Assembly (NCBI RefSeq): GCF_963676685.1
Contig: NC_092356.1
Location: 5,952,001-6,016,000 of the forward strand
Direction of reading: 5' to 3'
From: Mytilus edulis
Taxonomy: Eukaryota
Length of the DNA: 64,000 nt
The notes under the pieces were generated by a model. It searched no databases. It saw only the letters and a program-made list of their open reading frames with translations, and was not told the DNA's origin. Shown piece after piece: positions 49,802 to 63,182 of the stretch. The position numbers and the translations under genes were made by a program. The stretch's first letter is position 1; every line of letters begins with the position of its first letter.

Positions 49802-51899
49802 GAATTTTGTTCTTCATTTATAATCTATGCCACCTAAAAAGAAAAACATTAAACAAATCTAAGGAACATAAATTGAAAATCAAATCGGAAAGTCCCTAAT
49901 CATTGCAAAATTCAAACGAAAAAACACATGGACAACAACTGTCATATTCCTGACTTGGTACAGGCAGAAAATGGTGGATTAAACCTGGTTTTACAGCGCT
50001 AAACCTCTCACTTTGTATGACAGTCTCATCATATTTACAGTGATGCGTGAACTAAAGAGACATAATAAATAAAATAGTCGAAATATTGGTACAGCAGTCA
50101 TCATCGTGTTACAATTTTAAAAGAAACAATTGCTGTGCGCGTCTGACGTCAGAAAATGTATACGTCACATATTTGTATCGTTGAATGTTTATACAAACAA
50201 TTTAAAATGTTCACATGGGCAATGTTAGCATACAGGGTTAAAAAAATCAAAAGTATGTAAGAATTAATTTCAGAAATAGACCGAGATTTAAAATAGCCAA
50301 AAGTTCTATAGAATTTATAAGAATCCACAAATGGTTCATTCCACTACGTGATTAAATAATAGTGTTTGGTTCAACGTATTTTCTAATTTATAATAGAAAT
50401 ATAATATAATGACATATTATAGAACAATAACATGCTGACAGGATCTATTAAAATACAGTCACGTTTTAAGAACAAAAGAAACAAAACGTTGCATATACAA
50501 AACACACCTTATCTTCAAGTTATTCTTGTTAAGATTCTACTTTTGAAAATGCCTGTACCAGTTGTTGTCCATTCGATGTTGATGCGTGCTACAGTGAGCT
50601 GTCGGGAGAATTGTAGAATAGTTTGTCTTATTATAATTTTAGTTAAAATAGTAAATGTGTGTAACAAAAAAATAATCCGGGTATTTTGACAATTTTCACA
50701 ACAACTCTTGTTTGGTATTTGAGTTTTCTGACTTGTAAGTGCTTCTTTCAAATTATCATTTGAAAAAAAAGAAAGGTTTGTGATCTTATGTTTATAAAGG
50801 CTTTTCGATGTGAAATATAGGAAAAGTACATATTTTATTAGAGAAATACTGGATAAAGTTACAAACTATAACATAAAATATGTTCACATATGACATTTGA
50901 CTATGAAACCTACAACAGAACAAAATATGTTTTCTTAATGCATTTAAAAATACAAGACGTTTACATAAAGATCAATACAATTATTTTAATCGACTCAATG
51001 AAAAGATCACAGTTCAACACTTTTTGTTACTAGGATAGCACTTTATTAATACTATGGTAAATAGTGGTGTTTTAAATGTGTATTATTATACCGGTTATGT
51101 TCGTCATACTTCGTAAACATTTGAAATGTATATAGCGTCTATTGACAAACCGTCTTTGTCATCTTGTAGAAAATTAATCCTACGTCAGTGCAGTGAAACA
51201 CATTTCGGGTCATAATTATATATCATGGGTGTTTCAAAGCACCATTATTTTTTTTTTATTTTGTGTTTCTATAAAAAAAATTGGAAACATGAGGTTATAT
51301 GGTTACTAAAGCTTGTACACAGGTAAAAACGAGGTGAACATTTGATTGGTTAACTTCCAGTGATGGTTATTTTCTTATATGCAATGAATGTTATGCGAAA
51401 TTTTGTCTATAGTACTTGACAGGATGAAACTTTACCCATAGCTTTATTTGAAACAAAGATAAATTATGCACAATTGTTTTAAAAGTGCAAATTTAACAAA
51501 GACTAATAGGGGAAAATCATTGGTGGTATTACACGTTATTAACAAATTTTACATCAATTTTCTCAAAATCAGAAATATAATTGTGATAATTTGATTTATT
51601 TCTAATCATCATTTATTTCCTTCCTTATCATGATTCTTAAAGAATACAGAACTCACATCCAACAAGTGACAACGGGTAGCCTGCTTTGTTATTTAATAGT
51701 GTAGTTTTAAAACAATATTTGAAAGTGTGTGAACACATTGCAAAAAGAGTTTAATTGTCTTTATAAGTTGACATTTTTAAGACTAACATGAGGACATTTA
51801 CAATCATATCATTTTGTGAAGATTGAGTTAACATGGTTAGTGAAATCATGTAATTGTTGTTACATTTTCAAAGATATTAAAATGATTTAAGATATATAA

Positions 51900-53855
51900 A
51901 ACGTAGAATGACAATATTTACTGAACTTATTTTGCTTACCTCAAACTACTTGATCCATTTATAAATATTAATAAAACAAAGATGATGAAATAAATGCTGT
52001 ATGTTGTCCATTTTGAGTTTTTGGCTAGGAAGTGCAGAGTGTGTATTGTGCAATTTCATGACATATTCGTCATTGTTGTGAAATGTTATTTGATATCACT
52101 TCTAACTGAACGGATACTGCATTGGAACTTTTTATATTAAGGGATATTTTGTGATTCATTTGGACACAGCACAGTATTTATAATTCTTTTATGAATATGT
52201 GTACCTTATATTGACATATTTTAAATAACTTGCTGTATTTAGAATAAACATTTAAACAGGATACCTGATATTTTTTCAATAGAAAACTGACAGACCATGC
52301 AAATGATATTTGAACTAAAACTTGAAGTCTTATATTTAACATTGACCTAAATAAGAATTGTAAAATTGTAGTTTAACAATTTCAGTTTAGGTACTGAATT
52401 TAAACTTTCAAAAATGATTTAAATATCGTGCTCAGTACTTTTTATTTAGGTAAACCTTTGAATGAATGCATACAGAACGATACTGTTCAGTATCTATAAT
52501 CCCAACAAAAGAGTTATGACCTCACATGTTGACAACAAATGTGTAAAATAAATGAATTTTCTTGGTACAATTTTGTTTAAAACTTCAATACTCAAAATCA
52601 GAAAACAAACTATGGATAGGAAATGACCAAAGTTTGCGAACAAGGATACATACATACCTGTGATAATAGATACAGTACTTGATTTTTAGTAGTAACAGTT
52701 ACTGACAAACATGTTATATATACTGGGTTTTAATGTTGTGTATACGGTCATTTTTACAAAAGTGGAAAATCGAATATATACTGTCGTCATTTATTCATAG
52801 ATATTTATTTGTGATAAAAATTGTATGATAAGTTATTGAACGGAAACGAAATAAAGTGTCAGTTTCCAATAAATCAAGGAGCATACCTCCTGAACAATAA
52901 AAATCATATATATCGAACTTGATCTTAATTTTTGTCATCAAAATCAGCAGCTCATAATTTGAAAAGCATTACTTGAAAGGTTTATAAGCCATTGCACGGA
53001 CACAGTTGTCAGCTGTCAGTTTCCAATAGATCAAGGGACATACGGTAACTCCTGAACGGTAAAAGTAAAAAAAGTCTATACTGAACTTCACCTCCTTTTT
53101 GTCATAAGTAATAACAAATCGAAATTTGAAAATCAATTGTTAAACGGTTTATAAGTTATTGCACGGAAATGTTTGAAGCCGTCCGCCTGCCTTTCTCTCC
53201 AAAAAAATGTACAACTTAAGATAGATAAAATATAAAATGACCATGTTCAGTTAACTAAATATGCTTACCTGAAACTATTTCATCCAGGGTTTAACAAGAC
53301 AAAGATGATGCAATGAATGCTTTATGTTTTCCATTATAAGTAACTGACTTGAAAGTATAGAGTGTCCATTGTATAGTATCTTCCAATATTCATCACTGTA
53401 ATGAAATGCTATTTAACATTTACTTCTATTCAAACACAACAGATTCCGCATATGAACTTTAAAATGATATTTAGTGATTCATTTGGACGAACCTCAAAAT
53501 TTATAATTGTATGATGTACCTCGCATTGCGACTGATTTAAAATAACTCGTTGTATTTTAAATCGAAAATTTAAACCTGATATTTTTCAATAGAAAACTGA
53601 CAGACCATGCAAATGATTTCCAACTAAAGTTTGATGTCTGGTATTTAACATCAACCTAAATTAGAATAGCAAAAATGTATTAAAAAATCGTGCAGACTTT
53701 AAAGTTAAAATGTTTTTTTTATTTTTTTTTTGATAAAGGAAACTTTTGAATGAATGCATAAGGAACAAAAGAGTAATGACCTGATATGTTGAAAACATAT
53801 CATGTTCTAGTTTGAGTAAAATAAAAGAATTTATTTTATCAATGCGTTTAAAACT
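51900..53855 (-). promoter_or_regulatory. Diverged tandem duplicate of a candidate 5' exon plus upstream region (~51900-52580 and ~53235-53855)
   Basis: Both copies have an AG|GTAAGC donor (exon ends 51940 and 53269) and share blocks such as ttttcaatagaaaactgacagaccatgcaaatgat. Confidence 0.55.
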
Positions 53856-54229
53856 ACCAAAAATAGGTCGTAACGTCGGCGACCTAACCTCAACGTCGTT
53901 TGGTAAACGTCTGTCTGACGTTATAGAACGACGTATATAAAATCTTGCTTTTTGGTCGCGTCCTATACAACGCAAACACAACAGTGGATGCCATATGTCG
54001 GTTGGACGTCTAAATTAATCTAAAATACTGAAATCACACGTACACGAAAACAAAGTTTTTAATTATATATCATCCTTTCACATTAATATGAAAATATATA
54101 TGTATCCTATTGTTATCTAAAATAAATATGTCTTGTGACCCTTAATTAAATTTCTCCTGCTTGTCTTTTTGGCGAATGATCCTCTTTAAATGAAGGGTTG
54201 GTGTAATGGCTAACATGTATTATAGTATA

Positions 54230-54840
54230 ACTCGGTCAAGATTGGTTCAGTCATAAAATCTGTTAACGAATTCGGACCCCGTAGACAAATCGGATCCAAA
54301 ATTCAGTCAACTCGGACAGTCTATGAAATCAACTTGGACCGACTATAAAGTCAAATTGGACCGTTTATAATGAAAACTCAGACAAAGTATGTCAATAGGT
54401 CAACTCAATATTAACTTACTCATACAGCTTTGAAACAGCAGAAATGAAAATAAATCAATGGAGTGTCATTAAATCTTCAACATTAGACGGATGCATATTA
54501 ATACAATTTGTACTGAGTCCGTAATCTTGAATCATCTCATCTCAGATGGTCTTAGTTGTCTTTTCTATCAATTATAGTCTTCGCCTTATGGAAGGCCTGA
54601 ATTCTCATCAGACACACTTTAAATCGTCGAAAAAAATTATTAAATTATTTGTATAAGTAAAAAAATCTCCTTTTATACTGTTCCAGATTTTTTTAGTATA
54701 GTCGGTCCGATTGATAGACGGTTCTAGTTGACTTTATAAATAGTCCCAGTTGACTTATTGACGGGGTCTGAGTTGTCTTCATATACAGTGCGGGTTTTCT
54801 CTCTTTTTTATTGTAGAGGGTCCTAGTTGTCTCGCATTCC
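54230..54840. mobile_element. MITE-like element with arrays of inverted subterminal motifs
   Basis: AACTCGGAC-like motifs on the left and GTCCNAGTT-like motifs on the right. Confidence 0.55.
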
Positions 54841-56632
54841 TATTTTACAATAGACCTTTTCACTAATTCAGAAACTGTGTCACTTGAGCATTTGAGACAC
54901 ACACATTTTTGATTTCATGATGTTCATCATGCTTGAATAACACATGCGTGTCTTAAAAAAATGAAAGTGTAACCAGTGTGTATACCGTGCGATTGCAAGT
55001 ATACGATTAAACATATTTTAATTGAATATTTTGACTTTTCCGATATCCGAAAAAAAACAACATATGAATGTTAAACAACATATTAATGTAAATAATATGT
55101 GTGATTTGTTTAATAATATTTCTGATGAAATAATTGTTTCATTTTTAAAAGAAATTTGAATACATTCCAAAATTTGAATTTGAAGTATTAGTTTAAAATA
55201 ATTTTAAGTTTTTATCATATTATCTTATTGATGAGTTTTCATTTGTTCATAAGTCTTTTGTTTTTAAGTTAAAGTTTCAGTAAAGTGAAATACTTTTTGT
55301 CTGTTTACAACAACAACAAAAAAAAATGGAGTGTTATAGTATTTAGAATAGCCCTGTACGCGATATAGCCCTTTTAAAATGATTTGGCGTAAAGTAATCA
55401 TACAATAATCACTTTTATTTTTCGGCGACAGACATTTTCTCTTCCATCTCATGTGAATGTGGTCTTGTGATATCAAAGTTTTACAGGAACATGTGTGATA
55501 TCCAGCTGGAGTGTATATGCTATTTGAAACTCAATTATATGCACAAAATAGCAGTACATGCTTTTAGTATTCTGTCATTTATTACATAGCAGAACAACTT
55601 GTCATAAGAATAGATGTTAAAAAAAATGCGTATACATAAATTAAACGTTTTTTTTTTCTTTCATAAAATGACGCTTTTTTATTAAACATAACTTTTACTA
55701 AATTAATATCTAGACGTATTATTAAAAAGTATAACCTAGACAAGAAGTTTATTTTCACTGCGAATATTCTAAAATGCCTCAAACACATGTATTTATATTA
55801 TGCGGTAAATAAATAGTTTGAATAATTTGTCTCCACCAGAAGTATTTCAGGTTAACAGACATGAGACTTTCCCGGTTTCGGCCATAAATTCCTTTACACT
55901 GATTAGATATGTTTTTGTTGCATGCATGGGTATGTTGAGAATGTTGATGCTGTCCTCCTCAATTTTTAACAGTATTCTTAATGCGATGTCATTGATGTCG
56001 ATTCCATTGGTTGGCGTAACATTTATTCTTACACTCAAAGCTCGAAAAGGCATCAAAACAAACAATTGCGAGTCAACTTTTTCCCAGGTCTTGACACGAT
56101 TCTATGATTTTTCTGACAGGAAACAAGACTCATACACAATCATGAGCATTCAAATGTAAGTACAATATCACTTAACTTATGTTTGTCTTCATACGATCTC
56201 TTAAAATATGTTAATGTTAGGTGCTATATTTTCTTTTTCGATAAGAAGGGGGAGGTTGTTGAAATCCAACTTGACCCTATTTATTTTATAATCTGACTGA
56301 TCACTAAGTGTTCGTTCTTTTTTAAGTCGAATAATATTGGATTCAGTTATATTACACTACTTGTAAAGTCTTTGAATTCAATTCACATACAATAAGTTGC
56401 CATTTGATGTCAGAAAAAGTAAATGCAATATGTACATAAAATATTTACTGATTTGTCTTATCAGACATGTATATGAGACAAACCTTTAACGGTATTTACT
56501 GTATTGATACTTTATTTCATGGAAACTTGTATAGACATAAAAGGTATGAATGAACAATTTATTGATGTAAAAATATCACATATTGTATAAAAAATGTCAT
56601 GACGTGGAAATGTTTGTCAAAATGAATATAAA

Positions 56633-57140
56633 TAATCCCAGGAGCACCTACATACGGGGTATATATCTCCCAAGTGATACGATTTTCCCGTGCTTGCATT
56701 TCCTATCATGATTTTCTTGATAGAGGGAGTTGTTGCTCACAACATGCACAAGGAAGCTATAAAACCAAGAGTTCCAAATGGTGAAGGTGAAATCATCTCT
56801 TCGTAAATTTTATGGACGCCATCACGAGTTGGTTGACCGTTATGGAATAAACCGTTTCACAAATGATATCGGATATGTTCCTTACGTCGTAACTACAATA
56901 CCATTCCCTTTCATGAACATGATGAATGTAACCTACCGAATTAGACTATTTACTTGATTTGTTATAACATGAGTAACACTACGGGTGCCACATGTAGGGC
57001 AAGATCTGCTAACCCTAGCACCTGAGATCACCCCTAGTTTTTTGTGGGGTTCGTGTTGCGTATTATTTGTGTCATGTGTACTTTTGTTTGTCTTTTCATT
57101 TTTAGCCATGGCTTTGTCAGTTTATTATAGATTTATGAGG
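56633..57140 (+). mobile_element. Penelope-like RT C-terminus and 3' UTR fragment
   Basis: PGAPTYGVYISQVIRFSRACISYHDFLDRG...YGRHHELVDRYG. Confidence 0.85.
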
Positions 57141-59611
57141 TGTTTGCACATTATATAAATGTAGCAAGATAGCTAGGTAAGTATTTAAGTTTTGAGAAAG
57201 GGATTTTTGTACCTTCATCATATAGTAACAATAAGAATGTATTTATATATAAAAGGTTTATACTGTATAAAATATAGATATCATTGTAATTAAAATTGTA
57301 TATTTTAGTTGCTTGATCATGATTCTTTGAATAAATTTTCCAAATTAAATTTTGCCAAAAAAGCCTTTCAATTATTCATGTGTTCTCTGTTTTCTTACAG
57401 GATCTGACCAGACTTTATGATGTAATAAGATATTAATTTGCCATACATTGGATTAACAAGACAGATAATTAATTTCAGTATAAAAATAAGAAGATGTGGT
57501 ATTATTGTCAATGATTAGCCAATGATAGCACTTAGGTTTAAAAATGTAATCAGTAGTTGAGCCAAAACTCCATGTTTTGTCAAATCAATCTAAATTTGAA
57601 ATATACATAAATTCATTAAAAAACTGTTTGCATTAATGATTGTAATTTAAATTAGGTTGAATACTTGTTATTTAAAGGCGTTACAACTTAACAAAATTAA
57701 TTATGTATATAAGTTCAAACTCAAGCTATGATTTTATACACATGACAAGAATATCACTTTTTAAAGATGATCGGTTATTTTTTGTTCAAAACAATCGAGA
57801 TTTAAAATAATTTCGAGCTGTACATCATTAAATTTTTCAAACAGTTTCATCATACAGATATTTTCTTGGGTCCTGATTTCACAAGTCTTGTTGACAGGAT
57901 GATTTAGTGATAGTGAATTTTCATCCATCATTGACGATACACGTGATCACAATCTTTTGAAATATTATAATGATCATTAATTAATTTAAAAAACAAATAT
58001 TATTTAACACACAGCTTTACATATACATGTTGATTACTGATTTAATTGATAAGGATATATTTTTGTATGTGTAAAGTTGAAAATTTTCAATTTATTCATA
58101 CATCAACATGTATATATAAAGTTGTGTTTTTTTTTTAAATTACATGCAGTATGACCAAGGTGTTACTTCTTATTATTATTATATTTCAGGTAAAATGCAT
58201 ATATCCAAACTGTGAGAAACAAATGAGAAAGTAACCTATATATTTACACTAAAACTAGAACATAGATAGTATCATGCCAACTTGAGAAAACCATGAAAAG
58301 AGAGGATTGATTTTATAAATGTTCATCACACATGTGTTATTTATAATTTCAAATTGCCTGGGGAGAATATATCAATGTGGGTTTATTCTGGCTATTCCTA
58401 CATTTTGAATTTTATGGGTAAAATAGTAAAATTTTATGATAGAGTTCCCCGTATTTTTATGCAAACTAGAGGTTTATGTAGGATTATGTTGTAATAGATT
58501 TCCAATAAAATGACTTTACTCCATATAACCGACCTAACTCAACGTATTTCGTCCTATTGCATTGAAGCACGACGGAGGGGAGCATACACTGCATGCATTT
58601 TTTGATCTTTGAACACGTATTGTTTGCTGGAATATATTTAAAGAAAAAACAACCCTAACTATTTTTTTTATTTTAAATATTTTGTCATTAAACTTTGAAC
58701 GATTTTATTGACACGAATGTTATAATGGAATAAGTAAGTTAGAAACTTGTAATCAAATACACCCATCATTTCTTGTCATTTCACTTGACCCATATTTTAA
58801 TTCTTCACCAATTATGAATTTTAAAAATTTCCAAGACAAAATTTAGCATGAAAATATTAAAATAATCAATTCCGAAGCGAGAAGGTTGCCTTTTAATTGT
58901 TTTTACAAGTTTTAACATTTTAAGAAGATTCCAACACACCCGAATGTAAAAAGTGTACTCAACTATTTATAATTTACTTGAAGATAATTTGATGTGGACA
59001 GCAATTAATATCATTGATATATTTAACCAATAGTACTTGTGTTTTACCTATACAAATGTACTATGTACATGTATACCTTAACGTGCATTTGAGATACAGG
59101 ATAGAGAGCGTACCCTCCCCCCCTTTTTTCGATCGCTGAAAATCATGTTTCCACAATATCTATACAAATGTTTATCGTATAATCGTCCACATTATTTTTC
59201 GCATCGCTCCGCTTGTCAGTATGAATTCAATTATCGACAACTACAACATCTTTCAAATGTCTTGGATCCGGCCATAATCCCAAATTGTATTGCAAGAAAG
59301 AACTTAAACGATTGTCGTTCGACTTTGATAAATACTTCTTAAAACAACAATGACTGAACATTAGGCATCTCGCATGAGATTTAAGAGTTAAGACTACATA
59401 CTGAATTGAATTTTTTCCGTGATTTATTAGCTCGCTGAACAAAAAAATGTGACACTCACGTGTAATCTATTGGACACTTGGAAACTACATATGATCTGCT
59501 ATACGATATGACCACTAATGGCCCTAAAGACACTATGCTTTTGACATGACGAAAGATCTCGCTTTTCTAGACTGTCTATGAATTTTGTATACTTAATCTG
59601 TGATATGTACA

Positions 59612-59885
59612 AAAACCAAGGTGTAGTATGATTGCCAAAGAGTCAACTCTTCACAAGAGTCCAAATGACACAGAACTTTTAACAACTATGGACCACTGTA
59701 CGGCTTGCAACAATGAGCATAGCCCCTACAACAACGTCAGCTATAAGAAGCCTCAAAATGACAAATTTAAAACACCTAAAACGAGAAAACTAACTGCCAA
59801 ATTAACGTTAAATTTTTTCAACGAAAACACAACAACAAACGATAAGCACTGAATTACAGGCTCCTGACTAGGGACATGCACATCC
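59612..59885 (-). repeat. SINE-like dispersed repeat
   Basis: Reverse match to 40745-41005 and 63030-63182. Confidence 0.65.
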
Positions 59886-59996
59886 ATACTAGGTCAATGT
59901 TGTAACAGTACGACATAAATGATCAGTATTATAGACTTGATAATTATTTTGTTTTTATAAGTTGTAGTTGTTTTTAAAATAGTGCTCAGCAGCTCT

Positions 59997-61020
59997 GGAT
60001 ACTATCAGATCAATACATAGTTTATTTGGAAATACTAGAAATTGCTGTTTTTATGCTTCGTTTCAGTCTCACGAGTCAGCCCTTTCTTACTGTTTTAATT
60101 GTAACAATGACCATTTGCTAAACATACTTGTATGATCTCTATTTGCTTTAACATTGATATTTATAATGCTATGTAGCATAGAAATGCATGCGTAAAATAA
60201 CTTCTCGACATTAATTGGCTGAAATTTCAGATTGGAATTAAGCCTCAAGTTAAAATACTTACGACGAAGAAGCCTCAAGCTATATATATATATTACATGC
60301 ACTTACGACGGAGATTTAGCCTCAAGCTATAGTACTTATAAGGATGATCATATTTATGTATGTCTTTTATCCAGCGACAAATATTACATACTAGTATATA
60401 TTAAGGATGATGAAAAGATAATGATAAATGCATATCCCTTTTTAAACATTTCCCAACACTTAGAGCCGCATTTTCATATGCTGAGGTAACAAGAGAGCGT
60501 AACCAGGATACTATCAGATCAATACATAGTTTATTTGGAAATACTAGAAATTGCTGTTTTTATGCTTCGTTTCAGTCTCACGAGTCAGCCCTTTCTTACT
60601 GTTTTAATTGTAACAATGACCATTTGCTAAACATACTTGTATGATCTCTATTTGCTTTAACATTGATATTTATAATGCTATGTAGCATAGAAATGCATGC
60701 GTAAAATAACTTCTCGACATTAATTGGCTGAAATTTCAGATTGGAATTAAGCCTCAAGTTAAAATACTTACGACGAAGAAGCCTCAAGCTATATATATAT
60801 ATTACATGCACTTACGACGGAGATTTAGCCTCAAGCTATAGTACATGTACTTATAAGGATGATCATATTTATGTATGTCTTTTATCCAGCGACAAATATT
60901 ACATACTAGTATATATTAAGGATGATGAAAAGATAATGATAAATGCATATCCCTTTTTAAACATTTCCCAACACTTAGAGCCGCATTTTCATATGCTGAG
61001 GTAACAAGAGAGCGTAACCA
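59997..61020. repeat. Near-perfect tandem duplication (509 bp + 515 bp)
   Basis: Copies 59997-60505 and 60506-61020; the only difference I could see is a 6-bp insertion near 60845. Confidence 0.95.
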
Positions 61021-61849
61021 CTATAAAGACACACTTGTCTTTCTACGAGTAAACCAGCCAGCCTGCTTCCAGTCAATCCCATGTACAAGTATATAATTAT
61101 GAATATAAAATGTTTTGTTTAGTCGTGTAACACCTTCACTGGTGATCCTGTCCATGGAACTGTGGCATAGTTGTCACTTTTTTATATATATATATATATA
61201 TACCCCACACTTGCCCCAAAAGCGAAACAAAAATGGAAATTAAAAATTTCCGCAAAATTAATCAATATACGTAATAGCTTTAAAATCTACTTCTATTTGG
61301 ACAAGTAAGAGTACAAGAAAAGTCCCGTAAAGACTGAAAAATGTAACAACTATGTAAATTGGCATTTTCATTCATTTTTAATCAGAGATACTTGGGGACA
61401 GGATGTTTTTTTAGCCAATTACTATGTACTATAAATTGATAGTTTACTATCCACAGTGGTCAATGTTTAAATGCGGATTGTTAGTTATCAGTTGCTAATC
61501 AAGTACACCTTCCAAATTACAATCTATATAACGAATTGATGTACATATGTACATGCATTTACATACATTATTTGCAATTACAATATTCTTTGTTTTTAAT
61601 GTTCGTTGAGTTTCATTTGAAAGAAGAGTATATGTCAACTATTAAAATTTTAAAAAGTACAAGACCTGTATTATTTTTTTGAATATACACTTCCTGTTGA
61701 CGTATGTTTTCCCTATCGAAAAAAAATCGGAGATGGTAAATTAAGGAGATTAACTGCAGAAGAAGCGAGCGTTTAAAATGATGCTTAATAAAGTATGATG
61801 CCATCCCAACTATCAACTTTAACAGAGACGCATTCTCACTGGGGTAAAG

Positions 61850-62240
61850 CTGATGACCGTAACTGCATTCACGGTCATCCCAAGATGTCGGATGAAAAAT
61901 TAGGTCAGTTTCTGTATTGTCTGTTTAAGTGTTTCTATATCATTTTCTTTACAAATCATACATTGAAACGATGTAAATTTATAAAAGAATCACTCGAAAA
62001 TCACTAATTACTTCCGGGAAATGTGCATGAAACGGGAAATTCGATTTGAAAAAATCGTTAAGATGACCGTAAATCATAATCAAAATATTTTCAAGATGAC
62101 CGTAACATAAAACAAGGATGACCGTGATTGGTAAAAAGATGACCGTAACTTGTAAAGGATGACCGTAATTTGTAAAGACTGACTGTAATTTATATAGGAC
62201 GACCGTAACTTTTATAGGATGACCATCAATTCTAAGAAAT
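61850..62240. repeat. Cluster of GATGACCGTAA motifs (probable MITE subterminal repeats)
   Basis: About 9 copies spaced ~20-30 bp apart in 62060-62230, plus an inverted pair at ~61853-61880. Confidence 0.55.
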
Positions 62241-62469
62241 ATCCGTATTGTATTCAAAGCTTTTTTGTTGAGTTTGTCGATCTCAATAGGGGCACGGTTA
62301 GCGGATATAAATATGTTTCATAAATTTCTTTTTTTAAACTATAATATAATTGGCCATATTTAGGATTTATAACAATGATAGTAAATTGCATATTTCTCGT
62401 AAACAATGAAATATTTATTGATATCGACGTTTAAACACAAATTGACAGCGATACGACGAAAATTTGAAG

Positions 62470-62710
62470 AAACATGAATGTGTCCCTAGTACACGGATGC
62501 CTCATCTACACTATCATTTTCTATGTTTAGTGGACTATGAAAATGGGATAAAACTGTAATTTGGCATTAGAATTAAAAAGATCATACTATAGGGAAAATG
62601 TGTACTAAGTTTCAAGTTGATTTAACCTGAAGCTGGACAAACAAACAGACGAACGGACGAACGTACGCACAGACCAGAAAAACATAATGCCAATAAATGG
62701 AGCATTAAAA
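62470..62710. mobile_element. pearl/HINE-like element, same family as 27600-27895
   Basis: Shared actatcatttt.tatgtt.agtggac body, ACRG microsatellite and terminal hairpin. Confidence 0.6.
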
Positions 62711-63029
62711 ACATTAATAATACATACGAATATTTGGTAATCGAGCCCATGTGTATGGTTCCAGAGGAAGCAGATTAAAATCTTAATTTGTCTTGGTATA
62801 TGCAGGCGGAAACACTTTTGAAATAGAACAAAAGAATCGAAGCTCTGTGTGTATCGAGAAAGCGATAAATGTTAACTGTAATGTTTGATATAGTAACAAA
62901 ATTCTAAAAAGTTAATAAAAACAAATAAAACGACAATTTTCTTATTTTAAAAACACCATTTGCATAAGTTTTCAATGTATCTATTACATAGTAATGCAAA
63001 ACAATAAGATATCAAGTCGACGACATGGT

Positions 63030-63182
63030 TCTTATCGGGGCCTTTTATAGCTGACTATGCGGTATGGGCTTTGCTCATTGTTGAAGCCTTACGGTTACCT
63101 ATAATTGTTAATGTTTGTGTCATTTTGGTCTTTTCTGGATAGTTGTCTCATTGGCAATAATACCACATCTTCTTTTTTATAT
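63030..63182 (+). repeat. SINE-like repeat 3' fragment
   Basis: cggggccttttatagctgactatgcg...taccacatcttctttttt, matching 40860-41008. Confidence 0.7.

Noticed and set aside
55847-56100. Minus ORF containing TPTNGIDI, similar to ROC switch I (STDGIDI)
   Set aside because: No P-loop upstream, no DxxG, and no convincing splice sites; probably chance or an unrecognisable relic.
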